Assembly: GCA_003344405.1 (NCBI GenBank) | Contig: NOWV01000125.1 | Coordinates: forward strand, 62,001 to 126,000 | Source of the DNA: Trichoplax sp. H2 | Taxonomy: Eukaryota | DNA length: 64,000 nucleotides | Direction of reading: 5' to 3' | In this document: piece after piece, positions 13,493 to 27,957 of the stretch | Numbering within the stretch: the first letter of the stretch is position 1 | Layout: each line of letters starts with the position of its first letter | Program-made: the position numbers and the translations under genes | The notes under the pieces: model-generated | What the model saw: the letters and a program-made list of their open reading frames with translations, nothing else | What the model was told of the DNA's origin: nothing | Database searches by the model: none

Positions 13493-16400
13493 TGTAGACC
13501 ATTTTTAACTATTAAAATTATACTTGGTATCTGGTAAAACCTATAGCATTCGTTCTGGAGATTTAACTATCGTAATTATTGCTATTTTAGGCAGTAAGTT
13601 AACTACATACGCCAATAAAGAGTCTCAAAAGTAGCATGACAAGGTTTCGATTTCTTATGTAAATAACAAATCAGTTCAATTTTCTTACCAAGAACTATCA
13701 GCAGTTAACTTTATCTAATAAATTTCGAACTATTTACTATATCTGAATTATTTATCTTGCTATAAACATTACTCTACCTGATGAACTTGCTTAGTCTTAT
13801 CTACCAGTGGAATATCTTGCTCGTGGCACTTTGCGAAAATAGATTGTAGTATTTTATTAGTACTTTGATAACAAACAGTGCGCAGCTCATGAAGTTCTTA
13901 AAGAACTTCAAAGAATTTCATGCTAAATTTGTACCCGAGAGATTAAGTAAGTTGGCTAATAAGCACTGAAATTACTCGGATTACAGCGCTGTACAGTATA
14001 GTTACACAGTGAATAAAAAAAAATACAGAACTACCTATTGAGCATCTAAAGTCTAAAGCCTCTATTACAGTTAACTATTAATACGTATGCCATTTGTTTA
14101 TTAAACACCTCCTCTAGTATTCATAATAAATAGTAGAGCCCGAAAATATCGACATTCACTCCGGCCGGTACTTTCGCGGATAAAGGCTATGGTTGAGAAG
14201 CTACTGTAGTTATAGAGTACAGACGATCACACAAATTATGAAAAGGAAGAAAAGTACTTTATTTAGAACATATAGGCAAATAGCAGGCTCCTACAACGCC
14301 AGGCATCGCTTGACCATGGTAATAACATTAAGTTGATCGGGCTACCTATATCTTCACTAATAGTATTCTAGATTATCTTAATTTATCAACTGAATAAACG
14401 GCCCTTTTTATCCTCTACACATAAATGATAGAGAACTACAACTCCTAGTCAATAGCAATTTCAGAGGGTACTCTTTTTTACCATTTTAAAATTTATATCT
14501 AACTATCGATATGGATATTATGCTAATTATGCCAATCATTAATTCCTATTGCAGGGCTGGATAAAATATTACTGTTAACAGACATAAAACATCTAATCTA
14601 ACTATAAAAAATTTAGCATGCAGCACATATTGATCGAATCCGGCTACGTTTTAATGAAGTTTTGTTTCAAAGAAAATGGGCATAGCCCGCTAAAGGTGTA
14701 ATTAGCAAAACAACATGAACGATACAAGTATTGAATTTTATGCTGTCTACAAGTTTATATTACTTGGCTATTGAAATTGGTATCTATACTTGTTTTGCCT
14801 ACCATTAATTTAGATTGTAAAAATCTTGATAGCATTTTAGTAGGAATAAAAGTAAATATTTTCGAAAATTTAAAATTTCATGTACATTGGTTGATATTGG
14901 CTAAATTTTAATGAAGTTATCCATCAAGAAAGACGCAATTGAAGATGTATTACTGTAAACAGTAACAGTGTCAATTATAATACAATTAGATACTAAGCTA
15001 TTTTCCGAGTACATCTATGATATGAAATGATGTATTATATCATCGATTTAGTAATTCTTTTAAGACAAATTCATTCATGGCCGCAGAAATGCTGAATTTG
15101 GTACATCATACCTCTTAAATTAATCGAAAGGCTTTCAAAATATCCCTACTTAGATAGACGCCTACTGGTAATACGCACCATATATATACATTTGATTCAA
15201 TTTTTCAAAGAGTTGCATACATACATTGCAGTAATTCCATTAGCTTTCCAGTCACAATTACTTTCGAATATGTGCTGGCAAATTACGGAATTAATTAAGA
15301 TTTGGTAATGATGGTAATATAATAATTGTTATAATTAATCGAAGCCTGCCAGTTCAGGCAATGATCCAGTACAGTAGTTACAGCATAACAATTCTTAACT
15401 TATACTAGGCATTATACGCGCGTATGTTATTAAATAAAATTTTTTACTCAATACATTTAAGCTTCTAATATCTTACTAGTACGTGTATTTTTAAATCAGA
15501 CCGAATTGATAGTCTCATAATATTCTCATTCTGCTACGCTATGTGCATGCTCATATGGCATGCTATTCATGCTATTTTCATCTCTAGATAGCTATTTTAC
15601 TACTGTGCTTCCAACTAAATTAAATTAAGTAACGGGTAGCTATTTACTATTCTGGTAGTTCCTATTAATTATCAGCTATTCGGTTCCAAATTCTTTAGGT
15701 CTAGTACACTTTCCTGACACAATTTACTAAAACATACAATATACTGTATATAAAAAGCCAACTTTTAGTTACTTGCCAAACTTGTCATCCTTAATGAATC
15801 AGCAACTGTTGATGGGATATAATACCCGGGTACATAATAAAGAGACAGCAGGCCTATTAATTAGGATCAGCAGGTAGTTCTTTTTTATTCTTATAACTAT
15901 TTTTCCAGGCCTCTAAATTAGTCGATAACGATTGTTCATTAACGATCTAACTACTTCATATTAACACTTGTATGTAAGTTCAGAATTGTTTATATTTATT
16001 CTAGGTTTTGCTGGTATAAGCGTATCAGCAGAAAGTCGCGATTTTAAGCTATTGTTCAGATATTTTTATAGTCATAGCGTAAGATACACTATAATAAGTA
16101 AAAGTATTTCGAATGCTAGGATCATAAGAATACGTTAATGTCACAAAGGTGGCTTCATGAACGGTCTTAAATTAAAATTACGGTTTACCTTACCGTCTCC
16201 AACGCCTAGTTCTATACAGTAGCATGACTGCTTGATCAATTTGTTAAGGAGCACAGTTTTGTACGCTAATAACAGAATACTGAGCATATAATTTCAACTA
16301 ATTTTGAACGAATAAATAAAGGACAGTACCGGTACTTACGTAACTCAATCATGAAGGAAATTTAATTATTGGTTTATAAAAATAAACCAGACAACAACAA

Positions 16401-17718
16401 TAAAGTTATTGGTTTACACTGTTAGCAGTGCTATCGTTTCTAATTCATTTTAACTCTTTTTTAAGATTTGCTAATACGAATCTATAAAGTAAAATATGCT
16501 ATGTTGTTAGACTTTCTTTACGACATTTTTACTCTTGCTGTACTATCGATGGTGGTAAATGGCATATGATATTTTCCGTCTTTATACAACTATAAAACGT
16601 TTTTTTAATTCTGAAGCTTACGATACCAGTATAGCTAGCCAGATCTATGATACCCTTCAAACTAAGAAGTGTATGGCATTATTATCAGCATATAGGAATA
16701 ATTATGTTCGACTGGTCGTGGATCTTTATGATTTACATTCTTCTAATTAATCTTAATTTATCTACTGAATAAGCAATTCTTCTACGTCTTATTTAATCGT
16801 ATTTTCTATTGATGGTATTAGGGGATTACTACCGTAACTTTTAGTGTATAGTTGGCCACGATTATCGATATGATACTAATCACACTAATCAAGAACTTGC
16901 ACAATTTTCTAAAACTATTTATGATTAAGGCTGATATCGTATTCTTGCTTCAATAATTCCTCGAACTTGTACAAGCTTACAACTATGGACCCCTAAATAT
17001 TATCGCATCTCTCAATTGATAAATATAAACTTTCGAATTTTTGTTTTAATTTCTGATAGAATGATCCTAAAGTAAATAGACTTTATTTTATTGCAATATT
17101 ATACTTTCAAATTCAATAGAGTCCCTTTCCAGTAAATTTTAGCTAATATTGCAATTACAACAAGAGTTGCATTATCTGGCTTAAGTTTAAATTGACTTTA
17201 TTCAAATCGAAATGATAGAAAATAGAATCATCAAGCAATAATGACGAATGGCGTAATGTACGTGTATGAATACAAATAATCAATTTCTACCACCATATAG
17301 TTACGGCTACAGTAGTTACAACAATTACCCGCATAATTATAATAGATATTTATGACTTATTTAATCTTGAGAATATATTTAAAGTAATTTAAAACGTTAT
17401 ATCTAAAAAATGTCCTTCCAGCTTATTATTGGTATGGTAGACATTTAATAGCGCATTTGCATAGCGGGATAGTAGTAATTGTCATTTTCAGAATGACAGT
17501 GTCAAAATTATATTAGCTATATTGCAAGGCAATATGCATTACTTTACAGTACAGATAGTCCTAAAATGTAGACGGTAATAATGAACAGTTAATAATACGT
17601 GAGTATTTCTGCCCTTAGACAATCAAATAAAAAATGATCTTATATTCTAACTACATCCTAAGGGGTAAAACTATCAGGTGAACAGTGTTTGTACTATGGG
17701 ATTCAATCCTAATTCTAT

Positions 17719-20700
17719 TTATTTTGATTCGTCCTTCGAGGTTTCCCGAACTAAACTAAGTAACTTATCCAGCTTAGCGATTTCAGCTTGTTTACGTTCT
17801 GCCTTGGTCATAGGTGGCGCATTCTTACTCTTTTCCTATTAGGCATTCAAAATGTTATTCTTACATATAAAATGCTTAAAGTATTATCTAGCAATAGTTC
17901 TAAATATTGATTGTATGAAATAGTTTGCAAAAATCAATAACAACAGAAAATAGAATAACACAATCGGTTTGATTTACCTTACTAATCCTACGAAGATTAG
18001 GTGATAACTTGAAGCTAGTAACATATCCTCGATCATCACCAGTGTTGATTATTGGATGGTGAGGATTGAAGGCAATATGTGTCAATTTCGTTTTCTTCTT
18101 TTGAACGACTATTATTTATGCATGAAATAATAATATCAATGAGTTTACTAGGTTTATCTCCATTTTCTTCATTGCGAATGAAATTATTGTTAATATAAAC
18201 TCACCAAGTTGTTCACATATTGGTTCATATTTATTAAGATTTAAATCAAATACGTGAATCTAAAATATGATGAAACAATAATAATATTAGAAAAATCTAG
18301 TGTCAGCTGTCAGTAATGAAAATTTAACTTTATTGTAAGTCTTCCTGGTAAATTACAAATGTCTTTAATCTACCTTGCCATCATCTGTGACTGCAGCAAA
18401 AACTGTAGATGAGTATGGAGACCAAGCAATATCTCCAACGCTACTATTCAAGTCAAAGGTAAACATAGGCTCTCTATAAAAATAAATTAAGTAGAATGTT
18501 AAATTAACAGCTGAATATTGGTGTATTCTGTAAATCAATACTTAGATAGCTTATTAGGGTCTTATTGCAAGTGTAGTTGTTCACATAAATGATCATGTGT
18601 ATTCTAGAACTTTACTTGGGATGGGTATGATCCCAAATTTTAACGGTCCAATCAGCACTACACGATATGAAAATGTCCGGGTGATAATAATTCCATCGTA
18701 CTGCATACACAGCCATATGGTGAGCCTTGAATATTAACCGAAATTTACATATTTAGACTTACTGCACAATAAATTGTAATCTAGAACACTAATTTCAACT
18801 AGTAGCAATAATTACGTCATAGGTATCGAGATACTGGCTCGAATAAGCTTTGGAACACTTATAAATTTTGCCTTCTTCCGTTCCTAACATTAACAAGATT
18901 TTAAAGCCCAATTATTTTGACATACTACTCAATATCAAATAAGATTTTTAATTATTTGCGAATTATGCTACTATTCTTTCTTACCGACTAAGAAGATATA
19001 ATCGACAGTCTTGCTGAAATCGAATGAAGTGCCGCAGCCTAAAATATAGGTAAATCGATTAGACAAAATAATATTGAGCCAATGCAGATTACAGTTGTCG
19101 CTTCAGGTTGTATATTAACGATTTCGAACCGCAAATAATGTAGTACTAAGATAACTATTGAAGGTACTACCGGTTTAAGTCATGGAATCAGCAATTACAC
19201 GATAAGAATAAGTTAATTTAAAGTATAAGGCGACATTTTGCTTATTATAAGTAAGTAAAATTAGAGACCAGAAGTTGAAGATGATAGAAGGAATTAATTT
19301 CTATCGAAGTAATAAACTACAGTACCTAGATTGAACAACTGGGTCCCATTTGGGCCTTCAGTAGGAATATCACTCATTCTTAATTCAATAACGTTAGTAT
19401 GGTGTAATTCATTCTAAAAAAATTTTGATGGTTTAACGGTATCAAAATTAAATAATGTCTACTGGAAGAAATTGATTAAGAATAATAATTGCGGAAAACA
19501 AAATACTGGTACCTTAACAATTGTCCACATCACCACTCGCCCATCTGATGAAACTGAATAAAAATTTAAATGATTATCCAAATCATCTTTTTGCCAACTA
19601 ACCTACAAGGAATAGATGATAAGCATATAAGAATCATGCATGATATTTTTACTGTGTCACATTCATACTTATAATTACTGATAATAATAATTACAAACGC
19701 ATTAGACTTTATGTAATGGAATGACCGAAATTACCTGCCACACTGGATCGGTATGCTTGCCGTTATTAGCAGTAGATTTATAAATTGGATCTTGCACTTT
19801 TTCTTGAACGTTATAAACAGCAACGCTACCATCGTAAAATCCAACAGCAACAAGAAACTGATGTTCAGGGTGGATATCTAAACACATGACTCCACTTTCT
19901 GTTGAATAGATGTATCTGACAGTAGATAATAACATAGAATAAGTCGAAGATCAATATGCAGGCTATTTACGCTCACTGTCAAATATGATGTATCGATCCT
20001 TACTCGGGATATGAAGGATTCTTCATAGAGTAAAAGCATATCATGCCTCGGCTTTGCTTCAAAAATTCATCTAACATATAATAAAAAACATGTTCATGTT
20101 AGGCAGATATTGGTTATAGAGAATTATCTTTATTTATAACTGGAGATAAATCAATACTTTTAAGCTTTTAATGACGATTCTAGTTTAATTTAATTTAATT
20201 ATAATCCTATTCTAGCTTACATGATCCATAGCCCACAGCAACTAAATCATGATACTTTGGATTCCTAGAAGTTATGCATTACAAAATGAAAGCGTTAAAC
20301 CGCTAAAATCCAAAAAATAGATTGAACTAATAATCATAAAAAAACTACCGAAGTTATCATAATCATACCAACACATCGCTGTAACTGCCAGTCTTTTAGA
20401 TTTATCATAAGAATACTTCCAAAGTGGTAGCAGTGTTCCTTCCTGGTCTCTGAACTCATCAGCAGCGTCTTCCCAGTATTTAAAATCTAAAATATACAAA
20501 CGATATCGGTAATACACAAATTAGCAAATCCAAGAATCACCGTGAAATTTTTCTTTTACAACGCTCTATTAGTACCTTGAGCAATATCATCATACGTATT
20601 TTGGTTAACCATTCTTTCGACAATTTTGGAAGCTTTGTGTATCTTAGAGATATCATCCGTCTATTTCAAGTTATCAAAATACATTAATTTTATTAATTAC

Positions 20701-23039
20701 AAGGAATCAATGATTCAAGACTATTTACTTGGTGAAAACCGCGACTATATACCTGTAGATCAAGTGTTGTTAGCTTCTTTTTCTTATAATCTTCCTTCTT
20801 TTCCTTTATGATGGTAGTCTTTTTCTCTTTGGCCTTTTCCTAAGCAAGTTGCCAATATCAAAATTTACTATCACTGCAATTTATTAGATGATAAATGAAC
20901 ATAATTCGCGTAAATGCCGATATGTTTACTCCTTTGCTATCTTAGCAAGTTACCTGTCTTTCTAAATCTTCCGCATATGCGTCATATATTTCCCACTAGG
21001 TTGTGATTATAAATGATCGAATTAATATTGTTTCTTAATCGAATATGGTCTATTACCAAATATTAATCTTGTCATATTGATCTTTACCTGATTTGCAGAT
21101 GCCGAAAAGTTAGCTCTAGGTGGTGGCTCAGTTACTGTTCCTCTTTCCTACACATTTAAGGGTTGATATGAGTGCTACCGAAAAACCTTATAAAATTTAG
21201 GTCACATTGCTAGTAAATTATAGTGCAAACTCACTCTAGATGGATTATTAAAGGTCTGCGAGGCTCGTTCACTAAAGTTAAACTGATTAGTTAATTTCTT
21301 ATCTTTCTTATCTTGGCCATCCGTTTCGGTACCAGCATCAATCTGAGAAGGATTAAAAGCATTTAAGAAAGCGATAGTGTTAAGAATTGGGCATTATCGG
21401 TAAAGAGAAATAGTTCTATTATTTACTTTATCATCTCCTTCTTGCTGTTCTTCTTCATCCGCCGCAGCTTCACTTGCATGATCACTTGTTGCTGTAAGTA
21501 CCATAAATCTCATAAGATTACACTTTTATTGATTATCTTAATTATCTCATTAATGTATGAATTGGACTGTAAAGATTTGTTCTTATTACCATCAGATACT
21601 GCTTTAGCTTCTGCTGCTTCAGCTTTAGCCTTCTGACGTCTTGCCTCGTCTGAATCTTTGTGTAGAAGATTTCTAAAATATTGTACAGGTATGAGAAACT
21701 TATGAAAGTTTCCTAGGTGACAAAATTGTATTAAGGTTAATAAATAACTTACCCGTCCAAGGCAAAGTGAATTGCCAGCTGATCGACACTTGAAATTTGT
21801 TTATATGATCGATCCTAGTTCATATGTAAACTTGAATTAATCTCCTATAATATAGATATTCTTCCTTATCGTATCAAGTTAACTTGCCTACCTTGTAATT
21901 GTATCTGACAATATTGCTGGGCGCATGGGGATTATTAGCTGTTAATATTCTGGTAAATTCTTCTTTTAATTCCTATCATGAATAGAAATAGAAGGGTATC
22001 TAATTAATTTAGAGCAGTTGCAAAGAGTTGACAGTGATATAAAATAATTAAATTCTGCTTTACGTACAACTTCACTAAGGTCCAATTGGTCTTCAGGTTT
22101 TATGACAGTTTTTGACTGCATTTAGGAATAGTAGCAAAATACGTAAATGAATATACATCAACTAAAGACAGAAATTTAAACTATCAATCTGACAAAATTC
22201 TTATTCAACCTGCATCCATTCATCAACATTCTCTTCTCCAATTTCCGTACGATCGTCGTCGTCCTAAATGGAATGGTAATTCGAAGTCAGTATAAGTTTT
22301 TAAATAAACGATCTATTTCTTTGCATAATGCAGTACTCCTATTTTATGGCCTATTTCTTAGCTTAGCCTGTAAGTATATGCTTACTCTGGATGGGCCTTG
22401 CTTTTTCCCTTTGGATAGATTGCCAAGTTTTGTTACCTTTCATTATGAAATAGACAAGTTTAAAATACGAACGGGCCTACATTACCTAACAAGCTCATGG
22501 TACAACTTGCAGCCTAAATGTCTAACGTATCTAGATCCCTAAATATGCACGAACTATTTCTAATTTTATTCCGTGAGAGCAGGGTGAATGTGCACACTTT
22601 GCTAGATCATAGCTTATTATAAAGATTAATATTACTTTACTGAAGATAATGTTTATATCTACTCTATCGAGACAGATAGCTACATGCGCAAGCACTTTTA
22701 TCATCAAGACCATGGGGTGGCATTATCTTATAGATTTGCATCATCTCTAATTACTGTTACCTCTATGGTTACCAATAACTTGTTCGAATTAATGAAATTT
22801 TTTTCAAACATACGTAATATTTGTATAGTAGATGAATTTATTAGCAATGATCGTTACAGAATAGGACTAAAGTTCACAAATATAGATACAACATATAGTG
22901 AAAATTAGAAAAGCATGACGATTCGTATTTATATGTAGGTTAAAAGTATTTTGTGCTGTCAATCTTGCGATTCAAAACGTACGTTATCAATAGAAATAAC
23001 TTTTCTAACCTTGTTGGTTTTACTTTGAGATTTCTTCAT
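17719..23039 (-). CDS. DNAI1: Dynein axonemal intermediate chain 1 (WD40), about 20 short exons
   Basis: Exons encode [59 protein letters not shown] and C-terminal [17 protein letters not shown] junctions. The first exon ([13 protein letters not shown] at 23039) is less certain. Confidence 0.93.
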
Positions 23040-23219
23040 AATTTTGTTCAATTAGTAATAATTGACCCTTTTCAGTGTTGAAGCAGTAAATATTAATAAG
23101 TTATCGGTGTGCAGGATCTGGAATTGAAAATCGATATTGCAGCAAACGTCTAATCTATGAACGAATACATAAAAGTTGGTCACTACTATGGTACACAAAA
23201 TCACCATCCACAAATTATG

Positions 23220-23233
23220 GTTGCTATGGAGAT
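23220..23233 (-). promoter_or_regulatory. RFX X-box (ATCTCC-AT-AGCAAC) ~180 bp upstream of DNAI1
   Basis: GTTGCTATGGAGAT on +; fits the 14-bp X-box consensus found at ciliary gene promoters. Confidence 0.7.
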
Positions 23234-23526
23234 GGAGAGAGAGTACGCAAGCGTATGATGCTCAAAGCTGATTTGTAATTAGGTTGTCTCAACGCTCACG
23301 TTTACCAACTAAACCAGTCCAGTGAGCGACCTACAGTACAGTAGGGCATGTTTACTAATTGTTCCGATTTTTAAATGGCAAAGTATATAGAAATTATTGC
23401 TGTGGGCCTTAACTATTCTTGCATACTTAGCTCCATGTTGATATAAAGTACCCTATTTTGACGTTAGTTTGAGTCCTAATTTTTCTCATTTTCTACATCT
23501 CAAGAGAAAATAAACACGCTCATGGT

Positions 23527-23617
23527 GGCCGAGAAGGGCCAGCATACAGTACAGTACAGTACAGTACTGTACTGTACTGTAGTACTGTATACTGTACAGC
23601 ATTGGACCTTCTCGGCC
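23527..23617. repeat. ~90-bp palindrome: 15-bp GC-rich inverted repeats enclosing head-to-head (CAGTA)n/(TACTG)n
   Basis: GGCCGAGAAGGGCCA at 23527-23541 and TGGACCTTCTCGGCC at 23603-23617 are 14/15 complementary. Confidence 0.85.
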
Positions 23618-24152
23618 CCCTCGTAACTTTGGCAGTACCATCGCAGAACACCACTGTGCCATAATTCTTCTATCGAAAAATGCCAAGTTACTCGTATATC
23701 ATAACCAAGCGGATTTTAAAGCGTGAGAGTTATATCTTTGGAAGTGCTTTGGATGCCTTAATTGTTGATAGGATTAAAATAATCCAATTTACAATTTAAA
23801 ACAAATTACAGATATGACGGATTTCGGCCATCGGTATAGTGTCTTTAGCTGCTGTTTCAGTCGGATAATAGTGCTTAGCCATCGACTACCAATTACTGTA
23901 CATCTACAGTACGTACTGTAGAATATACTGTACACTGTACACTGTACTGTATATGCAGTCCATACTGTAGGCTTTTGTAAGTGTACAGTACTAGTACAGT
24001 ACGTACAGTTACTCTATCAGGATTCAGGACTGATTTCAAGGCCATACTAAATCAGATGGAAACTGATGTAAACGGTAAACCACAGGCTTCTCAGCAACCT
24101 TGAAATTATTATTTCCATCTTCCTTCCTTTATCATTACTGATAGTTTTAATT

Positions 24153-26747
24153 ATGTCGTTAGTAGCCGCTTATGATAGTAGTAGCGATAATGAGGTACTT
24201 GAAGAGTCAAAACCTTCAAAGCAGGGCAATAGTGGGGAAACGAAAGTCAATGCAAATCCTTCTACTCGTCAAGGTCTCCTTAGTTCGTTACCACCGCCCA
24301 AGAAAGTCAATGGAAAAGTCAAGATCGCTATGCCGTCGTTGCCCTCGGTAAGTATTAACTGAACGGAACAATTGGTTCTTACGATTTATCTTGATATGCA
24401 AAGTCATTACAATTATCACTAAGGATAGATTATGAAAGATTTCTTCAAATTTATCCTGTTTAGCTAGTACAAATGCACACGACAGTAGTCAAATTATAAT
24501 TGTTATTATTATTATCAACTACTCCTTCATTCTTTCGTTATTGCTATCGAAAGAACAGGTAGCTTAAAGAGGATCAATTAGAATCAGCTTACTCGTAATG
24601 TTACATGTTGACCTATTGGATTTATTGATAGATTGATTGCCATCCTTTAACGATGATTAATGAATTAAAATCTTTCAATTTTCTCGTTTATGCATCGTAG
24701 AATGATTCCGACAATGAAGAGGAACCCGAGAGTACTAAACCAAAATATAAATATAAGGTTCACTAACTAATGATTTATGAGACGATAATTGGATAAAATC
24801 AGATTATAGCTTCAGATTAGATAGTTACGTGTATCATTAATTTCCGCCTACCTTACTTTATAAGTAATTTTATGGCTGTTTATACTGCTACAAAGCTATC
24901 TTAGGGCATCTGTACCATAATTCTTGACTTTAATGACTGATTAACAGCGATCAGTTCAATACCTAGCTCCTGTAACAGTATAGTAATTTATTTTATTTTA
25001 AAAGTTGACATTAGCATTACGCTTTAAATTGCCTACAGTAATTCATTGCATTGATGGCAGGAATTTGTATTCATCTTCATCGCAGGCCGGTTCTAGTTTG
25101 ACCGAAATGTTACCTGCACCGAAAAACGCAATGTTTGCAAAGATGAAAGTTATTAAGTCTGATACAAAAAGTACCGGTACTGAACAAAGCAAACAACCAA
25201 TGATACCTTATACTTTAACTAAAAAAAAGAATGTTCGTCAGAATAAACCTACGCCAAACGAAGGCAAAAAATTTAGTGGAAATCTCCCGGAAGATGAAGA
25301 TAACTACGATGCAGGCGGATTTTTTGGCAACCTACAAGACAATCAACCTGACAAAACTTTGCAAAGGTTGCAGTCATACGCTTATGTTATGCCATTAAGT
25401 TGTGTATGATTCCAATCAGCAGTGTACACTGCATTATACAATAATATGTATGGCGATAGAAAAGAGATAGCAGAATTAACGAACCTATGACAATGTTCAC
25501 TCTGTTACATTTTAATACATTGTTATTGGATTGATAGTAGCTTCGCTTGTTTAGGCTTATGATTTATATAATGGCGTAATATCAGTATCACTTACAAGCA
25601 CATTTCAACTGCTACTTTGTAAATTTATAAACAGAATTCGTGCTCTTTACGCTATAAAAATCTTACTGATTTAGTATATAATATTTTCACGATTGCCATG
25701 ATTCCAAAATATAACAATGGATCGTATTGATATTTATAGCACCAATATGATACAGAAGAATAAATTGGACAGCATTGACAATTCTAAACACAGTAACTTT
25801 TCAAAATCAAATTATCTAAATTCCGCTCCTGATCCATCTCTTGAAAAATTTGAAGCACCTACATATCAGAATCAGGTAAATCACTATGTTGACGAATCTT
25901 AACTCAGTGATATATTCGTACATCTAATTTGTCCTTAAAATTTGAATAATTTATGCTAAGCTCATGGGGAGTTTAAGACATTTTTACTATAATTACTACA
26001 AATTCTTAGACACCAATTGCTGGAGTATCATGTTCGCCCGAATATACTCAAGGTAGTCAATACCAATACAATGATCATGGTAATTATAACGTCAATAGCT
26101 ATAACAGCACCTATGAAAATTCATCACAATCCAATTCTAGTGAAAGTAACTTCGTAAATGAATTAAAGCAAGACGAGCAGGTATTCTGTGATAAATCGTA
26201 CATGATCTATAATTATTAGTGTATAAATGTACTTGTTACATTTGTGTTACCTGATTAACTGTTTTGACTTGTAACAGTTCTTACGTATGCAAGGCAAGCG
26301 TAAACGTGGCGACGCAGAGATTATAAATATCATAGACGTTAATGAAGCAGATCATATTGCAGATGCTGCTAAATTTAGACAAAAATTTTCTACAGAAGAA
26401 CTGTCTTATCGGCCGGAGGTATGCATCATCTTGTATGCATTGGTATACTATTTGTAGCATGATATGTTCGATTGCTTATATTGCATTTACTACCGGATTT
26501 AGGATAGTGGCCGTTTAAAGCCATCGCAAATGCAAAAGCGTAAGCACCAGATAACGTATTTGGCCTTTCAGGTAAAGATTTGCTAACTGTTTGATAGTTT
26601 TAAATTAGTTGGCCTTAATCTATACTTTGGCATGATCCTAATTTGTTATTACTGTATCAGGCAAAAGAGCGTGAATTGGAACTGAAGAATACTTGGTCTG
26701 CGAACCGTGCAACCCGAAGACAGACTCAGTCAAAATACGGCTTTTAA
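24153..26747 (+). CDS. PRCC: Proline-rich protein PRCC, multi-exon
   Basis: N-terminal MSLVAAYDSS, LPPPK/LPAPK motifs, and spliced C-terminus QKRKHQITYLAFQAKERELELKNTWSANRATRRQTQSKYGF*. Confidence 0.9.
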
Positions 26748-27957
26748 GGTGCTAAAAATCTACTTCATCGTCCTGGTATGCTCCGAAAAACATTGCCCTA
26801 CTGCACGCCAATCAAAACATGAATGTTGCTAGTGACTATAATCTTGTAAAAATGATTGGTGTTTTTGTAAGAATGCAAAGTGATACTACAATCAATACTT
26901 CGTTATTGTATTGAAAATATTAGATTTGGATAATAACTACCGTATCTGTACTTCGCTCTTGACTTAGTGAATTGTTATACTGTAAGTCTGCATCTGTACA
27001 CTATGCTTCTACGTTTGGGAACATTTGCATATTCACAAACGTATCGATTTTGTATATAAATCTAAATATTCATGTTACTCAGTCAGCTTATGTAGCAATC
27101 TTAATAGAAGAGATGCCTCTGTTTTTAGTCATCTCAAGTACACAATTTCAAACGATAAAAAACTGATAATAAAAACTACCAAAGACAATTTATTATAATC
27201 ATAAACTGTCAATGTAAAACTTGCCTAGCTGCCTGTAATTTAATATATTCTTTACATATTGATTTCAAGACGAGCATTACAAAATATAAGTACGTATTAC
27301 GCTGTTACTTTATCATTAATTATTAATAATTGTACAATTAATCAATAATGGTATAACTTACAATAACGCGAATGAAGTTGTATTATTATACAAGTTAGAG
27401 GGCATGCAGGGTGCTTCAAATCGTTAGTTAGTTAGCAAGCTTATACAGAGTTGATTTTTAGAAACTGATGTTCATTGAAAATGAAATTAGCAATTGTAAC
27501 TCTCACCTCTAACCTGTACATATATATATATACGTAACTATTACATTTTATCGATACATAACTCATAATTGCATATTTTCAACTTTTTGCATACTTCATA
27601 AATTGCCAGTAAACAATGGAATTATCCTACTCTTAAGGCTAAGTACTTGAACTTTTTCAAGGTAATTACTAATCCCCGTATACAGGTTAGACTTCATAAT
27701 CGTAAAGAATATACGTATGTAATGTTAGGACAACTTCCTATGCACAGGTACATAATGTACTACACATAATGTAACTCCAAATTAAAATCTGAACATGAAA
27801 TACTTCAATATTAGTAAACCCTTCTAAGCTAAACCGTTAGCTACATCGTGTTTATGTACAGATCATAAGTGCATTGCACACCAAAAGCCATAGCATGTTG
27901 CTAGTATTCAATCCAGAGCTACTTGCAACTTTGATAGCTCGATTCGATGGAAAATAT

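Noticed and set aside
16559-16750. ORF starting MAY...KRFFNSEAY, faintly like the TauD-2 N-terminus
   Set aside because: Similarity is too weak to call a third-copy remnant without an alignment statistic.
23608-23617. CTTCTCGGCC identical to part of the U2 snRNA 5' end
   Set aside because: No further U2 sequence follows; it is one arm of a local inverted repeat.
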